A program made the position numbers and the translations under genes. Positions 56,157 to 64,000 of a stretch of 64,000 nucleotides of DNA are shown piece after piece. Source of the DNA: the human T2T-CHM13v2.0 reference genome, Homo sapiens; NCBI RefSeq assembly GCF_009914755.1, contig NC_060936.1; one strand, 5' to 3'. Position 1 is the stretch's first letter. Every line of letters starts with the position of its first letter. Under the pieces are notes generated by a model, which was not told the DNA's origin, did no database searches, and worked only from the letters and a program-made list of their open reading frames with translations.

Positions 56157-56892
56157 TGAGCTGCAACAGGGGCCCCTTTCTTAGGAGCCTGAAGACCCCA
56201 AGCATGAAAATAAAGAAAAACCCTAAGTTCCTTCAAGAGAAATTCCAGGCACCTCACTATCCCCAGAAGTAAATAAGAAGGTAATAGTAGCCTAAAACAA
56301 GAGCCAAGGACGTTTGAGTTCCAGAGATGTTTGCTTTCCCTGTAGGAACTAAAGACAACAGCTGAACATACGTCCTTGAGTTGTCTTTCAGAAACCCCCA
56401 CTGAGGAACCACACCGAACAGATCCACTGGCATTTAGACCTCAGATAAGGGGGAAACTGAAGATAAAACTTCTTCCTGATGGGGCTTAGAGAAAGTCACA
56501 CCCCATCCCAGCCAGTTAACATTTTTCTGCAGATCCCAAATTTTTAAACAAAGCTTCTCTTCTTTAACCAGTTGCAAATCCGAAAATCTTCGAATCTACC
56601 TATGACCTGTAAGCCCCCCTCAAGATATCCTCCCCTTTTAGGCCTAAGTCAATGTGTAATCTCCATGTATTGATTTACGATTTTGCCTGTAGCTTCTGCT
56701 TTCCTGAAATTTACTCCTGCCTTTAAAAACCCTTGCCTGCAAACCATTGGGAAGGTCAGGATTTGAGCATTTAACTGCTTGGTCCTCTTTGCTTGGTGCC
56801 CTGCAAATGAACACTTTTCTGTCACTGCAAAACCTCAGGGTAGATGTCTGGTTTTACTGCACCAGGCAAGCAGACCCCAGTTCACTATAACA
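56157..56892 (+). mobile_element. MER39-like 3' LTR
   Basis: TG...CA termini; aagcatgaaaataaagaaaa...ttccttcaagagaaattccaggcacct signature. Confidence 0.75.
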
Positions 56893-57074
56893 GAAGGCGG
56901 TGAGGAAGAACTTAGGTTTTTATTCCGAGTTTAGCGGGAAGCAGAGGCTATTAAGCTGAGTTACGACATAGTCTCACCATTTTAGTCCAAGTCTTAGTCC
57001 TAGCAAAACACTTTGGCTGCTGTGTGGAATAACGCTTATAAGAAAACAAGCATGAAGCCGAAAGGGAAGTAAGG

Positions 57075-57365
57075 GCCTGGGCGCGGTGGTTCATGCCTAT
57101 AATCCCAGCACTTTGAGAAGCCAAGGTGGGAGGATTGCTTGAGCTCAGGAGTTCAAGACCAGCCTAGGCAACATGGCGGGACCCCGTCTCTACAAAAAAT
57201 TTAAAAGTTAGCTACACATGGTGCTGCATGCCTGTGGTCCCAGATACTCAGGAGGCTGAGGTGGGAGGATTGCTTGAGCCCAGAAGGTTGAAGTTGCATT
57301 AAGCCATATTCACGCCACTGCGCTCCCGCCTGGGCAATAGAGCAAAAGCTTGTCTCAAAAAAAAA
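57075..57365 (+). mobile_element. AluJ within an antisense L2 fragment (about 56895-57900)
   Basis: Dimeric Alu with L2-like flanks. Confidence 0.88.
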
Positions 57366-58073
57366 TTTGTTTAAAGACAAGTAAGGGAAATCTTCCAGTA
57401 TTCTAGGTGAGAGGTGATACTCTAGACTAGGTTGAAAGCACTGGTAATAAAGAATAGTGGATGGACCGGGGATATATTTTGGGAGTAGGGCCAGAAGAAT
57501 TTGCTGAATGCCTGGATGGGGAAAACAAGCACCAGGGAGAGCTCATGAGTGTCTAGCTAGAGCTACGGAAGAAGATGGGAGAGGGGCAAGGCAAAGGGTC
57601 GAAATCAAGAGTTCTCTTTGGTTCAGGTAAATCCAAGATGAAATTAGATGTCTGGACAACATGCCGAAAAGAAGAAAAAAAAGAAAAGAGAAATTAGATA
57701 TTGAGGTGGAAATGCCAAGTGGGCAGATGGATACACCCATCCTGAGTTCTGAGGAGAAGTCTGCCCTAGAGGCTATGGACAAATCTACGCAAAGATGACA
57801 CTTAGCATCCAAGAATTGCAGAAGATTAGCCACGGAGGGAGTGCAGGTGGGAAAGACGACCCAGGCCTGAGCCCAGATGGAGGGGCCTGGCAGAAGCAGA
57901 GGAGCAGTTGCCACCAGGGCAGCTCTGCAGAACCATCTGAACTTGACAAAACCCCAGAGGCAGCAGTAGGGAGCCACAGATATGACTGGGATTAAGCTTC
58001 ATACCTGGGCTGAATGAAGGCTTAGAGTCAGAAATGTTCCCTGTTACAGAAAAATTTTAAACTTGTACTTCTT

Positions 58074-58370
58074 GGCCAGGTGTGGTGGCTCAGGCCTATG
58101 ATTCCAACATTTTGAGAGGCCAAAGTAGGAGAATTGCCTGAGCCCAGAAGTTCAAGACCAGCCTAGGCAACATAGGGAGACCCTGACTCTACAAAAAATT
58201 TAAAAATTAGCTGGGTGTGGTGGTGCACACCTGTGGTCCCAGCTGCTCAGGAGGCTGAGGTGGGAGGATCACCTGAGCCCAGAAGGTCAAGGCTGCATTA
58301 AGATGTGATCATTCCACTGCACTCGAGCCTGGGCAACAGAGCAAGGCCCTGTTTAAAAATAATAATAAAT
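58074..58370 (+). mobile_element. AluJ
   Basis: Dimeric Alu; TSD ttgtacttctt reappears at about 58693. Confidence 0.92.
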
Positions 58371-58388
58371 TTTTAAAAAATATATGTG

Positions 58389-58674
58389 TTTTGAGACAGA
58401 GTCTCACTCTGTCGCCCAAGCTGGAGTGCAGTGACACGATCTCTGCTCACGGCAACCTCCACCTCCCAGGTTCAAGCCTTTCTCCTGCCTCAGCCCCCCA
58501 AGTAGCTGGGCCCACAGGCACCTGCCACCACACCCAGCTGATTTCTGTATTTTTAGTAGAGATGGGGTTTCACCATGTTGGCCAGGCTGGTCTCGAACTC
58601 CTGACCTCAGGTGATCCACCCGCCTCAGCTTCCCAAAGTGCTGGGATTACAGGTGTAAGCCACCGCGCCTGGCC
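58389..58674 (-). mobile_element. AluS inserted antisense into the AluJ tail
   Basis: Antisense Alu lying between the AluJ body and its 3' TSD. Confidence 0.93.
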
Positions 58675-58926
58675 TAAAATAAAAACTTTAAGTTGTACTT
58701 CTTGCATACCTGAGTCTGAGGAATGAGATTTATATCCACTACTCATAAAAATAATTACATAAAATTTTATATATACATAATTAACTAGGTTATGTATATG
58801 TCTTTATATGAGTGTCACAAAATAATCAGTGCCCTGAAGGCAAAGAAAGAACTAGGAAGGAGAATGGGAAGGGGCTCAGTCAAGATACAGCCTTCAGGGG
58901 AGGCATCTCTTAAGAAGTCTTCATAG

Positions 58927-59383
58927 CATTTCTCCTTTCCAATCAGACCTCTGCGGCAAACATCCTCCACCAGATCCTCGGCCAGGCCAAGAAGCTTCCA
59001 AGCTTGATCCTCCTCTTAATATTTATTGGAGCTGGAGGTCCTGGAGCAGCACTGTATGTCTTGCATCTGGCACTGTTCGATCAGATGTTAGTAGGGGCAG
59101 AAAGAATAACCCAAAAACCCTGAGACAAACTGGGTGCCAATGATCAGTACAAGTTCAACTCGGTGAATGTGGATTACAGCAAACTGAAGCAAGAAGGCCC
59201 AGATTTCTAAATGAAATGTTTCACTCTAAAGCTGCTTAGAATGAAGCTCTTCCAGGAGCCATCCGCACAATTTCCCACTTAACCAGGAAACATTTCTCCT
59301 CTAAAATACATGAAATCATCTTGACGTATTATTTTGGAGATTACACTAATTAATACATATCCGAGACTCGAAAAAAACTAAAA
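58927..59383 (+). pseudogene. NDUFA4 (COXFA4) processed pseudogene
   Basis: Intronless [16 protein letters not shown]...KLGANDQYKFNSVNVDYSKLKQEGPDF* (58962-59210) resembles NDUFA4. ATG>ATC, indels, 3'UTR, A-tail, and TSD aagaagtcttcatag/aagaaggtttcataa. Confidence 0.92.
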
Positions 59384-59739
59384 AAGAAGGTTTCATAAAC
59401 AGAAGACAATTCAAGGGAGTTCCTGTGATCCTAAAGGGAGGAAGGATTTTTGCCAAAGGGTGAGAGAACAGAGAGATGAAAGCTATGGAAAGGACAACAG
59501 CGCAATTTAAAGCTTGAGAAACCAAAGGTAAATGAGAATGGCAACCACAACAAAAACTAAACCTGAGATTGAAGGGGAACTGAGTCTTCAGAGGAAAGAA
59601 AGCAAAGGAAACATCGTTTGAAAGGTTAAGGATATAGGTAGCTTGCAACTATTCTCAACTGGGCTTCCTCATCCGAACAGGGTTCCTTATTCCTCATCTG
59701 ACCCAGAGTACATGACATAATTCGAGTGATTATTTCTTA

Positions 59740-60102
<363 letters not shown>

Positions 60103-60299
60103 CTAGATGCATGGAGGGTGAAGTTGATCAATTCCATGCAATAGATGACATCGGGCACTGGGGCTTAGAATCCAGATTTTAAAAGGCCTGCTGTTAAGAT
60201 GTCTGTTTGATAAAAAATCATAATACCAGAAAACCAGAATCAGCAACTAAAATTTAAAATAAAAATAGAGATCTCACCCAGGGGACTTTTAAGCTTCAC

Positions 60300-61213
60300 T
60301 GAGGCAATGTGGTATGATTCTGGAGTGGAGTGAAAGCCTTTTCTGACCCAGATATCCTGTCATTAGTGTTCACAGCCAACACGGTCTCAGTTGTGCCTAC
60401 CTGGCTTGCAGCATTGGGCTCTGCCCCCCGGCCTCTGTTATTTCGGGACCCTATCATCCCCATTGCTGGCAGCAAGCCCAGCGCTGTAACAGCATCTCCT
60501 GCCATCAGCCTGCCCTTTGGAATGCTGGGCGGCAACTCCAGGGCTTCTCTGTGATGCTGGTGCCCTCCTCACCAGGCCATGACTTAGCACGCCGGTAAAC
60601 GGAGTATGCTCTGGGCCCTCCTAGGGAACACTGTGGGGGGTGGATTTTCTGGCCTCTATAGTCTAACCAGTTTGGCATGCCCACTGCTCTGGACATCCTG
60701 ATTCCTTCCTTCACCATTTGCTGTGGCAGTTCTTCCAATTCTACCTCACTTAACGTGGGTCAATACTTTTCCAGGCCTCTAAGAGGCAACCTCTTAGAGG
60801 TTGTGATGTAGTAGTATGTTGGCGCCATCTCCCGGGGTCCTCGTCAGGGTGTAAATTCCGTACCGTAAAAGAAAGTTCTCCCTTTTCCAATTTGTATTTT
60901 GTTTCCTTTGGTTCAGCACCCTCAAGATCCAGTCCCGTACATATTCCCCCAGTTCCTGATGGTTCACATTGACCAGGCCTACAACTACTTTTTTTTCTTA
61001 GCAGGTTTGTTTTCTTAGCGGGCCCAGCACTTCTGTGGCTGGGTTATGTTCTAACTTGCCCTTAGCTTCGGGTCTGATGGCCAAGAGAGGAGGCAGAGCT
61101 GAATCCTGAGCAGAGCACGAGTTTTCTTGCAAGACACGATCCTCCACATGATCTTCAAATAAGCCGGAGGCTCTAGCCTCTAACAGAGAGGAGTGGATCA
61201 CTTCTGCAGGCCC
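60300..61213 (-). mobile_element. ERVL-class internal gag remnant (HERV16/ERVL-E-like), left part
   Basis: Minus-strand LLEAWKK.PTLSEVELEELPQQMVKEGIRMSRAVGM resembles ERVL gag WPTVSELEMPDLPWFNVEEGIQRLREIGM. Confidence 0.7.
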
Positions 61214-61918
61214 TCTTCCCCACTTATTACCGGCAGCCTTGCACTCACAGGAATGCCTTTCTTCACAGGCTTCCATTCCAAAGATCTTATTATCGAAACC
61301 GCAAATATGTCGCATACCAACGTCTGAGCCCTTTTAATTACTGTCATTGCCTCCTCCCTGACAGCTGTCTACAGCACCCGAATTATTTTCTTTGCACTGT
61401 TAGGACAACCTCACTTCACGGCTGTAATTGTCATCAACAAAAACAACCCCTTCCTAATCAATTCAATCAAATGCCTAACAATTGGTAGTATTTTTGCTGG
61501 ATTTTTAATCTCCAACAATATTATTCCAATATCAGTTCCCCAAATGACTATGCTCCTTCACCTAAAACTCACAACCCTCAGCGTAACTATTTTAGGCTTC
61601 TCACTAGCAATAGAACTTAACCTTGTAACTAACAACCTCAAACTCAAGCACCCATCACAAATATTTAATTTCTCCAATATATTAGGATTTTACCCAATCA
61701 CAATACACCACACAACACCACACTCAAATTTCCATGCAAGACAAAACCTAACCTCTCTTCTACTAGAACTGATTTGATTAGAAAAATCAACACCAAAAAA
61801 TACTGCCCAGGTTCAAATGATAGCCTCCACCATTGTATCTAACCAGAAAGATCTAATTATGCTCTACTTTTTCTCCTTCCTTATCCCATCTCTCCTAACT
61901 CTATTCTTAATTATTTAA
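61214..61918 (+). pseudogene. MT-ND5 pseudogene fragment
   Basis: [25 protein letters not shown]..., FNFSNILGFYP; TAA at 61916-61918. Confidence 0.93.
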
Positions 61919-62750
<832 letters not shown>

Positions 62751-62819
62751 AATTCTTACATGGGATATAACCATAACTAATGACATCAAAAATCATTGTT
62801 GTGCTTCAACTCTAAGAAC
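62751..62819 (-). pseudogene. Mitochondrial tRNA-Glu pseudogene
   Basis: 69 nt between ND6 and CYTB, homologous to mt-tRNA-Glu, with a degenerate anticodon region. Confidence 0.85.
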
Positions 62820-62823
62820 TCTA

Positions 62824-63762
62824 ATGACTAACATCCGAAAAACACATTCTCTATTATTAACCACTGTTTATTGAGCCACCTGCACAATCAAACATCTCGG
62901 CATGGTAAAATCTCAGCTTGCTTCTAGGTATCTGCCTGGTCCTTCAAATCATCACAGGGTTTTCTTAGCTATACACTACATGTCAGATACTCTGACCGCC
63001 TTCTCTTCAGTCACTCACTTCTGCTGAGATGTAAATTATTGCTGAATTATAATTATGCTACATGCTAATGAGGCTTCGATAGTCTGCATCTGCCTGTTTT
63101 TACATGTAGGCCGAGGCTTATACTACGGGTCATTTACTTTCCTAGAAACTTGGAATATTGGCAGTATTCTTCTATTTGCAGTTATAGCAACAGTATTAAT
63201 AGGCTCCGTACTTTCATGAAGCCAAATATCATTCTGAGATGCAACAGTAATTACAAATCTACTGTTAGCCATCCCATATATTGGAACTGACCTTGTACAG
63301 TGAATCTGAGGTGGATTCTCATTGGATAAAGCCACTTTCACATAATTCTTCACTTTTCATTTAATCTTGCCTTTCATTATTACAGCCCTAGTAGCCATTC
63401 ACCTGTTATTCCTACATGAAAAGGGATCTATTAACCCCTCAGGAATTTCATCAGATTCTGACAAAATCCCTTTTCACCCTTATTACACAATTAAAGATAT
63501 TCTTTATTACACAATTAAATATATTACACAATTTATTACACAATTAAAGATATTCTTTATTACACAATTAAATATATTATTCTTATTACACAATTAAAGA
63601 TATTAATTCTACTTCTCTTGCTCTTATCAATTCTGCTGACCTCCTAGGAGACCCTCACAACTACACCCCAGCAAACCCCCTCAGCACTCCACCCCACATC
63701 AAACCAGAGTGGTACTCTTTATTCGCCTACGCAATTCTACAGTCCATCCCAAACAAACTAGG
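62824..63762 (+). pseudogene. MT-CYB pseudogene fragment
   Basis: MTNIRKTH start, [27 protein letters not shown] and HIKPEWY motifs; ends at IPNKLG. Confidence 0.95.
63481..63604. repeat. Tandem repeat: six copies of the TATTACACAATT core within the CYTB NUMT
   Basis: Copies start at 63481, 63505, 63522, 63534, 63558 and 63584. Confidence 0.95.
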
Positions 63763-64000
63763 GTTTTCTTGCAAGACAGGATCCTCCATATGACCTTCAA
63801 ATAAGCCAGAGGCTCTAGCCTTTACCAGAGAGGAGTGGGTCACTTCTGCAGGCCCACAGGTCCAGCGGGACCTGATGATTCAAGATTTTTTAGTGCTTGG
63901 ACCAAGTGTCCCCATCCAAAGTCTCAGAATCTTACTGCTTCCAAATCAGCACCCTGACCTACATATAGCAGAACTGGCTGGAGTTGAGAATTAAGAATTC
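63763..64000 (-). mobile_element. ERVL-class gag remnant, right part
   Basis: Minus strand reads, across frameshifts, LNSQLQPV..VRVLI..DSET.DGDTW, like ERVL gag VKVRALIGKEWDPETWDGD. Confidence 0.65.

Noticed and set aside
63481-63604. CRISPR-like repeat array
   Set aside because: The context is eukaryotic, with no unique spacers and no cas genes; the repeats derive from CYTB.

Overview
Primate (very likely human) non-coding-rich genomic DNA. No prokaryotic features, CRISPR array or intact protein-coding gene were found. The window has three blocks. (1) About 1-31.8 kb is AT-rich and carries the 5' part of a minus-strand alpha-2-macroglobulin-family ovostatin gene (OVOS-type; exons equivalent to A2M exons 1-3 and 5-9). 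It has an in-frame TGA in exon 9 and no recognisable exon 4, so it is probably the OVOS2P pseudogene. L1, Alu, MIR, L2, MER and LTR repeats are interspersed. (2) After an abrupt junction at about 31,792, a GC-rich block carries a diverged WASH (WASHC1) first-coding-exon remnant with ATG>ACG and an internal TGA. (3) About 53-64 kb holds a decayed ERV1 provirus (PBS, gag, integrase, env TM, MER39-like LTR), an NDUFA4 retropseudogene, and an old NUMT (ND5-ND6-tRNA-Glu-CYTB). The NUMT sits inside an ERVL gag remnant between 93-bp direct repeats. Gene identities, repeat subfamilies and the probable 12p11.21 locus come from recalled sequences, not database searches. I found no convincing new biological system; the notable items are structural and evolutionary.
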